Origin: Betaproteobacteria bacterium
Lineage (GTDB): Bacteria; Pseudomonadota; Gammaproteobacteria; Burkholderiales; Usitatibacteraceae
DNA length: 64,000 nt
Direction of reading: 5' to 3'
Assembly: GCA_016720925.1 (NCBI GenBank)
Contig: JADKJR010000013.1
Location: forward strand, 52,243 to 116,242
Shown: positions 1 to 9,459 of the stretch, piece by piece
How positions within the stretch are numbered: the stretch's first letter is position 1
Layout of the letters: each line of letters opens with the position of its first letter
Translations under genes and position numbers: made by a program
Notes under the pieces: generated by a model
Told to the model about the DNA's origin: nothing
Databases searched by the model: none
Seen by the model: only the letters and a program-made list of their open reading frames with translations

Positions 1-69
1 TGTAGCCGAATTTACTGCCTAAGGTGTAAGCGCGGAGGTTTGATATGCGGACAAAAAGGCATCGCAGGG

Positions 70-1599
70 CTAGCGCCAATCGACTTTGCCGAACCCGTCC
101 TGACCCATGAATGTGTAGAAGATGCCGATGGTTCCCCGCGACTGGGTTCGGCTGCCGAGGTCGGGATAGGTCGCATCGCGGCGGTTTCCCAGGTACTTGA
201 TGGTGATGGCATGGCGGCGACTGATGCGCTGCGTGAATGATGCATCCACGCGAAAGATGTTGTCATGTCCCCCGCGGTCGGCAGCGCCAACGTTGCTCAC
301 GAAGTATTCGCGCGCGGTCAGGTCAAGTGACGCGCTGTCGGCATAAATCAGGCGCATCGCGAACAGTGCCTGCGGCGCCACGCCGTAGTGGTATTCGCGG
401 TCGGTTGCATCGCCGCGCGTGGTGCCGACAGCGGCGTAACCCACGCCAAGGAGTCCCGTGCCCTGCACCGCAAACGAATCAGACAGCCGCCATTGCGCGG
501 TGGTGCCCACCGACAACGCCGAACTTGATACGCGGAATATTTGTGGCGCCATATAGTCGTAGCTGCCGTACAGCCCCCAGATTCCCCGGTATTTCTCACC
601 TGCCTCATAGTCCTTGCCCACCAGCAGTCCGCGCGTAAAGAGGCTCTCGAATCCATTGGCGCTCGAGGCGGTCGCCTGCAGATTGAAATAATCGAATGGA
701 CGCGCATATGTGTAGCCAGGCTTTCCCGGTAACCCGTAGTCGATGGAAAAATCGGTAAGCGCTTCGTTGCGCCGGAGCTTCGTGGTCGACGTGCCCTGGT
801 CGTTTTTTGCCGTACCGCTGAAGCCGACTTGTATGCGGCTGTAGTAGGCGGGATCGTGGCCGGGAAAGATCTCTCGGTTGTGAAAGATGAAACGATTGAT
901 ACCCATTGACGGGGTAATGGCCGTGGAGACAATTTCGCGCCAAAGCGGCGGCGAACTTCCACCATGCTCGAGCATCAGGCTGGACAAGCGAAAAAGTGCC
1001 TCGCCCAGAAAGGTCCCGCCGATACCGGAGGCGATCTGGTCGTTTCGTGACGGCGGTGTCGTCTCCCCTGCGATCTCCCAGAATGCGCTGCCCGCAAACG
1101 TGTAGGCGAGCGACTCCCAGTAACTGAGTCCGGAGGTCCGCGCGAACCGGTGGTAGATCGAGCCTTGATACGGATGTCCCAGCTGATTTACGCCAAACGG
1201 GTCGTTATCGACCGCCCAGCTACGTCGCAAATTGCGCCGGATCGACGACATGTTGCTTTTGTATTCATCGCTGATGTACCGCCGGTTGTACTGGTTCAGC
1301 AGGACGTCAAAACCGACGATCGCGAGTGCCGGAAACACATAGTTCTTGCGAGCCGCCACATCGGCCGAGAAGTCGGGCGGGGGTTTCCGGGTCGCGCTTG
1401 CGGGGGCGTCGGTCGTAGCGGCGGTCGTGGCAGATACGGGTGGCGTCAGCGTGGTCGTCGTCTCGCGTGTTTCAGCGCGTGCGCCACACATTGCCGCGAG
1501 ACCAAGCATGAAAACAGCGCCGAAACGCGCTGCCTGGCACATAAAGGTGCGCTGTGAAGCATTCGCACCAGGTGCGGAAAGGGAGTCAGGAAATCGCAT
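70..1599 (-). CDS. exported/outer-membrane-associated protein, DUF3943-like
   Basis: 509-aa ORF. Signal-like segment (alternative ATG at 1542: MCQAARFGAVFMLGLAAMCGARA), then a Thr/Ala-rich linker. The block NDPFGVNQLGHPYQGS...YWES...FWEIAGE matches what I recall of DUF3943. C-terminal half is aromatic-rich and beta-strand-like. Family call is from memory only. Confidence 0.55.
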   Translation of the reverse strand: MRFPDSLSAPGANASQRTFMCQAARFGAVFMLGLAAMCGARAETRETTTTLTPPVSATTAATTDAPASATRKPPPDFSADVAARKNYVFPALAIVGFDVLLNQYNRRYISDEYKSNMSSIRRNLRRSWAVDNDPFGVNQLGHPYQGSIYHRFARTSGLSYWESLAYTFAGSAFWEIAGETTPPSRNDQIASGIGGTFLGEALFRLSSLMLEHGGSSPPLWREIVSTAITPSMGINRFIFHNREIFPGHDPAYYSRIQVGFSGTAKNDQGTSTTKLRRNEALTDFSIDYGLPGKPGYTYARPFDYFNLQATASSANGFESLFTRGLLVGKDYEAGEKYRGIWGLYGSYDYMAPQIFRVSSSALSVGTTAQWRLSDSFAVQGTGLLGVGYAAVGTTRGDATDREYHYGVAPQALFAMRLIYADSASLDLTAREYFVSNVGAADRGGHDNIFRVDASFTQRISRRHAITIKYLGNRRDATYPDLGSRTQSRGTIGIFYTFMGQDGFGKVDWR

Positions 1600-1826
1600 C
1601 CGCCGATTCTGTTCGAATTGGGGCCGGCTCTCCGTGCGTTAGCGAACACTTAAGCGGCCAGTTTGAAGTCTTTCGGGCTGTTTCCGCCTATCGGCACGCT
1701 GCCGGCAGCGACCAAATTTGAAGAAAGGCGCGCGCGACGAAAATTGAATCGTCGATTGCAACGTTCAGATTGCCGGATTCGTTACAGTATTGGAAATTTC
1801 TTGCCGGCATTGCGCAAAACAATTCT

Positions 1827-2300
1827 TCAGCGCAAGTTGGCATTGCCTTCGACATTGCGGCGCATTTCAATACGCACGTTGGTCAGCTTGATCGCGATGG
1901 GCTGGATGGGCACCACCGTCAGCTCATAGTCGCCTGCCTCCGCGACCTTTGCGGTCAACATGTTCTTCAGGATGTACGGCGCGCCGGGCTGTCCGTCGAC
2001 GTCGCCTGCATAATTGATATTGAATTTGCTCGCCGCCACTTCGCGCCGGTTAAACGTCAACGTGGCGAGGTAGCTGTTCCACTTGCCCGCCTTGGTACCG
2101 TCAATGCCATGTTCCGCGCGGATGTTGACCGCCACCGGCGACATCTGCGGCGTGAGGGATAATTTGACCGGTCCATAGCCTCCGTTTGCCGATTCGGTCA
2201 CCGGCTCGGAATGCATTTTGTCGCCGGTGGCGACACCGTCACAACCGGCAAACGTCGCGATCAGCAGGACGCAGGCAGCTACGGAAATGCGCTTTGTCAT
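1827..2300 (-). CDS. hypothetical lipoprotein
   Basis: ATG at 2300 preceded by GAAGGA. Lipobox in MTKRISVAACVLLIATFAGC. No recognisable catalytic motif. Confidence 0.6.
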   Translation of the reverse strand: MTKRISVAACVLLIATFAGCDGVATGDKMHSEPVTESANGGYGPVKLSLTPQMSPVAVNIRAEHGIDGTKAGKWNSYLATLTFNRREVAASKFNINYAGDVDGQPGAPYILKNMLTAKVAEAGDYELTVVPIQPIAIKLTNVRIEMRRNVEGNANLR

Positions 2301-2348
2301 TTGGCGAATCCTTCTGAACTTGTTGCATTGCAGATACACGAAAATACC

Positions 2349-2422
2349 AAAACACCAGCATTGGCGGGGCTTTCGAGCCGTTTATGCCGCAACTGCCGCA
2401 CCAGTGCTGGCGTTTCACTTTT
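2349..2422 (+). repeat. REP-like imperfect-palindrome extragenic element, copy 1
   Basis: AAAACACCAGCATTGGCGGGGC / loop TTTCGAGCCGTTTATGCCGCAACT / GCCGCACCAGTGCTGGCGTTTCACTTTT. Lies 36 bp downstream of the stop of the minus-strand hydrolase gene. Shares arms and loop motif with copies at 6279, 17534, 24049, 35955 and 51361. Confidence 0.7.
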
Positions 2423-2457
2423 CAGCAAGATAGCAGAAAACACCTTGCTGCCAGCCT

Positions 2458-3747
2458 CTACTTTCCGGCCTTCGGCAAATCCAGCATCGCGCCATACACC
2501 AGCGCGCCAACCTGCTCGCGATAGTACTTGCGGATTTCACCCGGCGCGACGGTGCCGTAAACCACCACCAGCCGCTCTTTCGGGTCCGCCCAGAACGCGG
2601 TGCCATTGGCGCCATTCCAGGTGTAATCACCAGCCGTGCCGGGTGTGGCGGCGAGGCCGTCATGCAATCGCACCGCGACAGCGAGGCCGAAACCATAGCC
2701 GTCCCGGTGCGGCTCGGTGCCCGCGACGTTGTTCTTGATATTCGCCCCGAGGTGATCGCTGGTCATCGCGCGCACCGTCTTCGGGCTCAGCACGCGCTTG
2801 CCGTCGATGACGCCGCCGTTCAACAGCATCTGGCCGAACCGCAGGTAATCGCCGACGGTGCTGAACGCACACGAACCGGCGCAATCAAATTTGACCGGCT
2901 TGTCGAGAATCGAGATGTTCTGGTCGCGGCCGGAGATCGGATCTTTCGGCAATGGGCGGGCGAGACGCTTGCGTTTCTCCGTCGGAACATTGAACGTGGT
3001 GTCTGGCATACCGACCTTGTCCCACACCGCCGTTTGCAGATAATCACCGAGGCGTTTGCCGCTGACCTTCTCGATGACCAGACCGAGCACATCGGTGGAA
3101 AAACCGTAATCCCACACGGTGCCGGGTTGATACATAAGCGGCGTGGCGCCGAGTTTGGCCACGAATTCATCGGCCGAATATTGCGCGGCGGCGGGCGCCG
3201 AACCGGCCGGATAAAGTTTATGTACCGGCGTGGTGCCGCGCCCACCATAGGTAATTCCCGAGGTGTGTCGGTAAAGATCATGGATGTAGATCGGATTGGC
3301 CGGCTCGAGTTTGATCTCGCCATCGGGCCCGGCGACGCCGACATTCATCTTGGCGAACGCCGGCAGATATTCGCTCAATCGCGATTTCAACGGCAATCGT
3401 CCTTCCTCGTTTAACGTAAGGCCACCGACTGCGGCCATCACCTTGGTCATGGAGGCAAGATTGAAGATCGCGTCGAGCGGCATCGCCTCTCCGGTCGATT
3501 TGTTGAGTGCACCGTAGGCTTTGTAATGCACCAGCTTGCCGTCGCGGGCGATGGCAATCACGGCGCCGGGCACGCGATCGGCGGCGATCTCACGAGCAAA
3601 GAACTGATCGATGCGCGCCAGGCCTTCTTTGGAAAATCCGGCTTTCTCCGGCGCGGTGACCGGCAGCGGTGTGGCGGCGCCTGCGGCAATTGATGCGAGC
3701 ATCGTGCTCAGTGCAAGACAGACTTTCAGGACTCTCGATTTGCGCAT
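2458..3747 (-). CDS. serine hydrolase, beta-lactamase (class C/PBP4-like) family, exported
   Basis: SxxK motif ASMTK near the N-terminus. Signal peptide MRKSRVLKVCLALSTMLASIAAGAA. GGGAGAAAG RBS before the ATG at 3747. Confidence 0.8.
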   Translation of the reverse strand: MRKSRVLKVCLALSTMLASIAAGAATPLPVTAPEKAGFSKEGLARIDQFFAREIAADRVPGAVIAIARDGKLVHYKAYGALNKSTGEAMPLDAIFNLASMTKVMAAVGGLTLNEEGRLPLKSRLSEYLPAFAKMNVGVAGPDGEIKLEPANPIYIHDLYRHTSGITYGGRGTTPVHKLYPAGSAPAAAQYSADEFVAKLGATPLMYQPGTVWDYGFSTDVLGLVIEKVSGKRLGDYLQTAVWDKVGMPDTTFNVPTEKRKRLARPLPKDPISGRDQNISILDKPVKFDCAGSCAFSTVGDYLRFGQMLLNGGVIDGKRVLSPKTVRAMTSDHLGANIKNNVAGTEPHRDGYGFGLAVAVRLHDGLAATPGTAGDYTWNGANGTAFWADPKERLVVVYGTVAPGEIRKYYREQVGALVYGAMLDLPKAGK

Positions 3748-3871
3748 GAATTCTTTCTCCCTATTGCTTTTGTTGGACAGCATCAGTTATCCGATGAATG
3801 TGGATAGTGTAGCGCCGGGCGCGAAAAGCGACCAGCGCGTACGCGGGACAGGAACACGTTGCAGAAACGCG

Positions 3872-4933
3872 CTATGACTTCAGCCGATTCAATTCCAGCC
3901 TTTCATCCACCAGCGAGACGATCTCGTCAATGACATCGTTGCGCTTGCCTTTCTGCGCGGCGATGGATTGCACCAGCCGATCCACTCGCTCGATATGGTG
4001 TGCGCCGCCGAACAGCGCGCGCGCGGCCGAGGATGGGTTGGCGAGTCCCAACGCGGCGTTGGCGTATTTTTCGAATGGCACCAGATCGCTTTCGGCCGCT
4101 CCCAGCGAGATGCACAATTCGGCTACCCACTTGTAGACCGCGCGCGACTCCTCGATGTTGCCATGCACCGCTTCCTTGATGGGCCGCATCGCGTCCTTCT
4201 GGATGCAACGGTAGTTGCCGGCCATCAGCATGCTCCACTTGGCGAGCGGCACGAATACGGATTCGTGCACTTTCAGCTTCACCGGTAATTCGATCAACTC
4301 CGCGCCGGTATTGAATCGCACGGCGTCGATGTCGGCCGCCAACTTGTGCAACATGGCGGTGTGAGCGTCCGAGACGAAACGCGCGGCCTTGAAGTTGGTG
4401 GGCAGACGCACTTGCAGCACATTGATCTTTTCGTCGGGTGGGCGAAACGCCTGCGGGTCCGGACTGCATAGCGTCATCAGCGAAATATCAAAGTTGTCCC
4501 AGACGGCGGGATCGGTGTAGCACGCGCGGCAGGCAGCCGCCGATACACCGGGGATACGTGCCAGGTACGGCAGTGGCGGCATATTCATGATCGACATGCA
4601 CGGCACGCGCGATCGCGCGACACGGTCGAGCAATTCGCGAACGCCGGGCGAACCATACTGTGGTTCCTGCATGGCGAGTGCGATCAGATCGAAAGCGGCG
4701 GGATCGACCACATCCGGCCCGGCCGCCGAAAGCTTGCCTGGTGTCGTTCGCGAATCAATTTCAACCAAATCCGCGCGACCCTTCACCGGCAATCGCACGC
4801 GCGCGCCTTCGAGATTGAACAAGTCGACTTCGGCCGGCAGCCCGACCAGCGTCACGTTGTGACCGGCCAGCAGCAGCTTGGCGCCCAGCAACGAACCGTA
4901 GGACGCGCCCATGACAAGAACCTCATAGCCCAT
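3872..4933 (-). CDS. NAD(P)-binding oxidoreductase (ketopantoate-reductase-like fold, tentative)
   Basis: N-terminal Rossmann-like stretch MGYEVLVMGASYGSLLGAKLLLAGHNVTLV. GGAGGAG RBS before the ATG at 4933. Specific function not recognisable. Confidence 0.6.
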   Translation of the reverse strand: MGYEVLVMGASYGSLLGAKLLLAGHNVTLVGLPAEVDLFNLEGARVRLPVKGRADLVEIDSRTTPGKLSAAGPDVVDPAAFDLIALAMQEPQYGSPGVRELLDRVARSRVPCMSIMNMPPLPYLARIPGVSAAACRACYTDPAVWDNFDISLMTLCSPDPQAFRPPDEKINVLQVRLPTNFKAARFVSDAHTAMLHKLAADIDAVRFNTGAELIELPVKLKVHESVFVPLAKWSMLMAGNYRCIQKDAMRPIKEAVHGNIEESRAVYKWVAELCISLGAAESDLVPFEKYANAALGLANPSSAARALFGGAHHIERVDRLVQSIAAQKGKRNDVIDEIVSLVDERLELNRLKS

Positions 4934-5365
4934 GATTTTTCTCCTCCGGGAGGGTAATTGGGCAGCCGGCATTGATGCCTTGTTGGATTGTTGCCGCGTG
5001 ATTTTGTGCGCGGTTCGTGGTGTGCAGCCGGTTGTGTATCGACCATGGTAGTGAGGCGCGCGCGTCAGGACAATCCGAACAAACTAGAAAGTGGCTGATA
5101 CTCTTCAGTAGAAAAGTCGCGCCACCGGTCGAAATGGCCGAGCACTTCCGGCGTCATGCGGCCGCAAGAAACGCGCATCTTGCCGGCAACAGGCGAACGT
5201 GGTTTGCACGCGCCCGGTGTCACCAGCCTCCGGCTGAATCGTTGGCAGGAAGCCTGTTCAGCGCGCGGGCAGTTCCATTAAACAATGGTTCCCGGATTAA
5301 AGATTTCTGCCGGCGCGCCGAAAATTCATTGACTAGCGGTGAATGCAAGGAAAACCGGGGTCGCA

Positions 5366-6217
5366 ATGCAACATGGTGAAATGAAAAATCTGGAAGGCTG
5401 GGTGGCGTTTCTGACGCGGGCGGACATTCCTGTGTTGAAGACAACCGCCCGAGACCTGACGGCATGGCGCGAGGACGACGAGAACATCAGCGCGCGAAGC
5501 ATATCCGAGATCATTGCGCGCGATCCCATGATGACGGTCAAGTTGTTGCGCTATCTGCAGCACCACAAGCGTAGCAAGCAAGAGCACGAGGTGATGGAAG
5601 TTGAGCAGGCGATGTTGATGCTCGGCGTCGATGCGTTTTTCACCAAGCTGCCGCCGGAGCCATTGACTGACGAAATGCTGCGGGCGCATACCGCCGCACT
5701 GGTGAGTCTGTTGCGCGTGGTGCGCCGTGCGCAACACGCGTCGGCGTACGCATTGGATTGGGCATTGCGCCTTCGCGACCTGCACTTTGAAGAAGTGCGC
5801 ATTGCGGCATTGCTGCACGATCTCGCCGAATTGCTCATGTGGTGTTTTGCGCCGGTCGAGATGCTCAAAATACACGCCATGAAACAGCAGGACAAGAGCC
5901 TGCGCAGCCACGATGCACAAACACAGGTGCTGGGATTTTCACTGGTCGAGTTGCAGTCGGCGCTGACGCGCGAATGGGGTCTGCCGAAATTATTGCTTAC
6001 GCTGATGGATGACAAGTGCGCCGATCAGGAACGTGTGCGCAACGTGGTGCTGGCCGTCAACCTTGCGCGCCATCTCGCCAATGGCTGGGACGATGCCGCC
6101 TTGCCCGATGATTACAAAGATATCGGCCAGCTACTTGGCATGCCACCGGACAATGTCATGATCATGATCGGGACCGAAGAAGACACTGTTTGCGACGTGG
6201 TCTCGCCGCATTTCTGA
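5366..6217 (+). CDS. HDOD domain signalling protein
   Basis: N-terminal W..FL....IPVLKTTARDL followed by an HD-like helical region (LLHDLAELLM), as in HDOD proteins. Start is uncertain: GTG 5339, ATG 5366 or ATG 5381. Confidence 0.7.
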   Translation: MQHGEMKNLEGWVAFLTRADIPVLKTTARDLTAWREDDENISARSISEIIARDPMMTVKLLRYLQHHKRSKQEHEVMEVEQAMLMLGVDAFFTKLPPEPLTDEMLRAHTAALVSLLRVVRRAQHASAYALDWALRLRDLHFEEVRIAALLHDLAELLMWCFAPVEMLKIHAMKQQDKSLRSHDAQTQVLGFSLVELQSALTREWGLPKLLLTLMDDKCADQERVRNVVLAVNLARHLANGWDDAALPDDYKDIGQLLGMPPDNVMIMIGTEEDTVCDVVSPHF

Positions 6218-6278
6218 TTTTTCGCGCGTCAATCATGCCGTGGATCGAACGGGTCCAATTGCCAGTGGCAAATACGTC

Positions 6279-6344
6279 GGACTCCTTGTCCGGCGTGCGT
6301 TTTCAGCCAATATCGCCCTGAACGCCGCGCCAGTGCTTGACTTC
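6279..6344 (+). repeat. REP-like extragenic element, copy 2 (left arm degenerate)
   Basis: Loop TTTTCAGCCAATATCGCCCTGAAC and right arm GCCGCGCCAGTGCTTGACTTC closely match copy 4 (24049) and copy 5 (35955). The left arm is poorly conserved. Lies 62 bp after the HDOD stop. Confidence 0.5.
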
Positions 6345-6449
6345 TAATTCTTGGTCGCACATAAAGCTCTCCTGCGCGCGCCGCCGTCGCCCGCCACGCG
6401 TCGCAGATGATGTCAAAATACACAGACATTCATTATGCGGAATCCATGT

Positions 6450-7028
6450 ATGGTTTATCTCATCGCAGGGCTGGTGTTGTTCCTCGGCGTGCATTCGGTC
6501 CGCATCTTCGCCGACGACTGGCGCACGGCGCGTATCGCCGGAATGGGCGCGGGTGCCTGGAAAGCGCTCTACGCGGTGGTCTCGATCATCGGATTCATTC
6601 TGATCGTGCACGGTTATGGATTGTCGCGGCAGACACCGATCAACTTGTGGATGCCACCTGTTTGGACGCGGCACGTTACCGCTCTTTTGACGCTACCCAT
6701 TTTTGTCATGCTCGCGGCGGCATATGTGCCGGGCACGCACATCAAGGCCGCGCTCAAACACCCGATGATGCTGGCTGTGAAGCTTTGGGCGTTCGCGCAC
6801 CTCCTGTCGAATGGCCGGCTTGATGATGTGTTGTTGTTTGGCGGATTTGCACTGTGGGCCGCGCTGGCATTTCGCGCCGCGCGCCAGCGTGACCGGAAGT
6901 CAGGCGTGGCGTATCAGGCCACCGGGTTTTCGCGTGATGTCATCGTCGTTGTCATTGGTCTCGCCGTTTGGATGGCGTTTGCGTTCAGTCTGCACGGCAT
7001 GCTGATTGGCGTACGGCCTTTTGGATAA
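6450..7028 (+). CDS. NnrU family membrane protein
   Basis: MVYLIAGLVLFLGVHSVRIF... with multiple TM helices, the N-terminal signature I recall for NnrU. The ORF could also start at 6435. Confidence 0.7.
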   Translation: MVYLIAGLVLFLGVHSVRIFADDWRTARIAGMGAGAWKALYAVVSIIGFILIVHGYGLSRQTPINLWMPPVWTRHVTALLTLPIFVMLAAAYVPGTHIKAALKHPMMLAVKLWAFAHLLSNGRLDDVLLFGGFALWAALAFRAARQRDRKSGVAYQATGFSRDVIVVVIGLAVWMAFAFSLHGMLIGVRPFG

Positions 7029-7126
7029 TCCTGGTAGCAGAAAATGATCGCAACCCATCATCGTCACGGCCGGGTCCCGCATCATTTGATGGGGCAAGGG
7101 GCGGCATCTTGCTCGGGGCCTTTCAG

Positions 7127-7156
7127 CCCCCCCCCCCCCCCCCCCCCCCCCCCCCC
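7127..7156. repeat. C30 homopolymer tract
   Basis: Direct count gives C from 7127 to 7156. A complementary G6-C-G8 run lies at 7192-7206. Both sit in the convergent intergenic region between the NnrU stop (7028) and the cytochrome stop (7345). Confidence 0.9.
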
Positions 7157-7344
7157 ACGGCGGTCTCGATCGCGGCCCAAAAGCAGGGCGCGGGGGGCGG
7201 GGGGGGCGAGGCACACCGCGCGTTGCAGGCCGTGGGGCAGTGCCAGCCCGGGAGTCGGATAAGTAAAAAAACAAGGGACAGTGCATGCGCCATCCCTTGC
7301 TGTTTTGTCTGCCCGATCTTAATGAGGCGGGCGTAAATCTGTTT

Positions 7345-9265
7345 CTAGAGGTTCTTCGTATCGTGGCACGCTGCGCCACATTTGTTGGTGTAGGGAATCG
7401 GCATGGCCGCGCCCGGTGCGACGCCTTTCACGCCCTTGTTGTCCTTGCGCGGAACATCGTAGACGTGTGAGCTGATGTCATTGACCCAGTAGTTCTTGCC
7501 GTCCTTGCCATCCATGCCCTTGCCGAAGCCGGCGCCGGTCTGCGCGGTCTTGCTGTTGTGACAATCGATGCAGGTAATCTTGCTTGCATCGACCGTGCAC
7601 TTTGCTTTTTCCGCCAGATGTTTCTTCATGTCGTTGCTGCCCTTGTGGCAGGACGTGCAAACCTCGGAAGTCTTCGGATCGTGCTTCAACTGATGGAGGG
7701 ATTTGCCGTTTCCATGCGTATCGTGGCAGTCCGAGCAAGCCACCAGTTGGCTGCCGTTGCGGTACTTCTTGGCCTTGATCAAATCCGAGTAGGGCTGATG
7801 GTGGCTCTTGGAATGCAAACCATCCGCCCAAAAATCTTTTTCGCCACCATCTGGCCGGGTGGTGTATTCCTTGATGAATCTATTGCGCGAGGTGCCCGGC
7901 AACATCATCTTGTTATCCTTGTTGACCGGCTGGTCGTTGTTCAGGAAGCCCTGGGGTCGGCTGTGACACTGCCCGCATAGCACATCGGCGCGTTCCGCGG
8001 ACAGCTTGTTGGGACTGACAATGGTGGCAGGCATGTCGATCTCTTTCGCCTTGTCATGCACGGAGCCGGGCCCGTGGCAGGTTTCGCAACCCAGGTTCAG
8101 CTCATTGGGCTTGCCGTCGCCATCGATGTCCATCTCACCATTACGATCATTGGCTGAGCCGGCGATGTAATCGCCATTCGCTTTCTTCGTCAGCGTATAG
8201 CCGGCGTAATGGCAGGACGCACATTCCTTGTCAAAGGACTTGCCCACCGGAGGATCGGTCAGCTTTGCGGTCTGTTCATTGAAGAACCAGTCGGCGTGGT
8301 AATCGCGCCAGGGCTTGCGGCTGCGGTCGGCAAAACTGTCGTCGCCGTTCTGGTTGAACTGCACGAACGGGAACAGGTTGGCACCAACACGAACCAGGTA
8401 GCGCTGCTTGTACAGGCCGCCTCCGTAGGTCATATCCACCGAGTAGATGCGGGCCGGGTCCTTGGGATCCTTCACGTTTTCGGCGCGGAACCTGAGGTTG
8501 CCGCCATTATCCTTGTAGAAGGTTGCTGTAAAACTCACGCTGGACGCATCGGCGGGGGCCTTGGTGCTGATCTGGTATTTGTCGAACCCACGCGCCTTGT
8601 CGTAGCCATAGAACCAGAACTTGGTGCCGGCCATGAGCTTGTCGAGGCCCTTGTTGAATTCCGGGAAGCGGGAGAAGTCCTGCAGCTTGCTTTGCTTGCC
8701 GATGACCGTCATGCCCAGCCGGTGCAGGGGTTTTGGTGAAGTGTTTTTGATTCTCGTGGCACTCGATACAGGCCGAGCTGCCGATATAGGTGGCATTCGG
8801 TGGAACGTTGCCGGAAATCTTGATCAGCATGGGTGCGGCACCCAGTTCATCGGTGCCGAAAGCCTTTCGCGATTTGTCCCCGCCCGGCAGGTACTTGCTG
8901 GTGGCCGGTTCCACATAAACGAAGTATTTGCCGCCCGGCACGTTGGCAAAGCTGAACTCGCCCTTGGCGTTGGTTTTCGCATTCAGGTAGCGCCCGCGGT
9001 TGGCGGCCAGGTTGTCTTCCAGCGGTTCGTCATTCGTGGCGTCCGCCTTGACCTCGATCGGCGTCTTACCCATCGCCGCCACGTCGATCGACGGAATCAG
9101 CCAGACCGTGGCGTCGGCCACCTTGAGGAAAGTTTCCTTGCTGCCGTCTTCAACCACACCCTTGAACGGCATATTCGGATAGCTCTTTTCGCCGGTTAGC
9201 GTGCAGCCGTACATGATCAGGCCCAAACCCAATGCGAGCAATCCCGCGATAAATCTCTTCTTCAT
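7345..9265 (-). pseudogene. lipoprotein-type octaheme c-type cytochrome, interrupted by one frameshift (ORFs 8507..9346 and 7345..8796)
   Basis: ATG at 9265 after GGGGAGAAGG. Lipobox LIMYGC. The N-domain has a GEFSFANVPGGKYFVYVEP motif (CarboxypepD_reg-like). Haem sites are CIECH, CASCH, CETCH, CGQCH, CSDCH, CTSCH, CIDCH plus an atypical CGAACH. The reading frame changes at GGGGTTTT (8727-8734, plus strand). Removing 1 nt gives ...CIECHENQKHFTKPLHRLGMTV... Confidence 0.75.
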
Positions 9266-9459
9266 GACCTTCTCCCCAAGTGAAAAGCCGACAATACGTG
9301 CAGATACTATCCCCCGCCCCGCGCCGACTTGTTTGATTTGCATCAAACCGGTGGCACAAGTTCGGCCCTTGAGCTAATTTCGGCGCCGAAGTCAATGTGC
9401 TCCCGAGTGCCACGCAGGACAAAGACGCTATTTGTCGCGGAAGTACTTACACTACACGC

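Noticed and set aside
6900-7379. ORFs translating the C30/G-run region as poly-Pro or poly-Gly proteins (6900..7379 minus, 6968..7336 and 7044..7262 plus)
   Set aside because: Their only notable feature is the homopolymer itself. They have no RBS and no protein-like composition, and they lie in a convergent intergenic gap. I treat them as non-coding.
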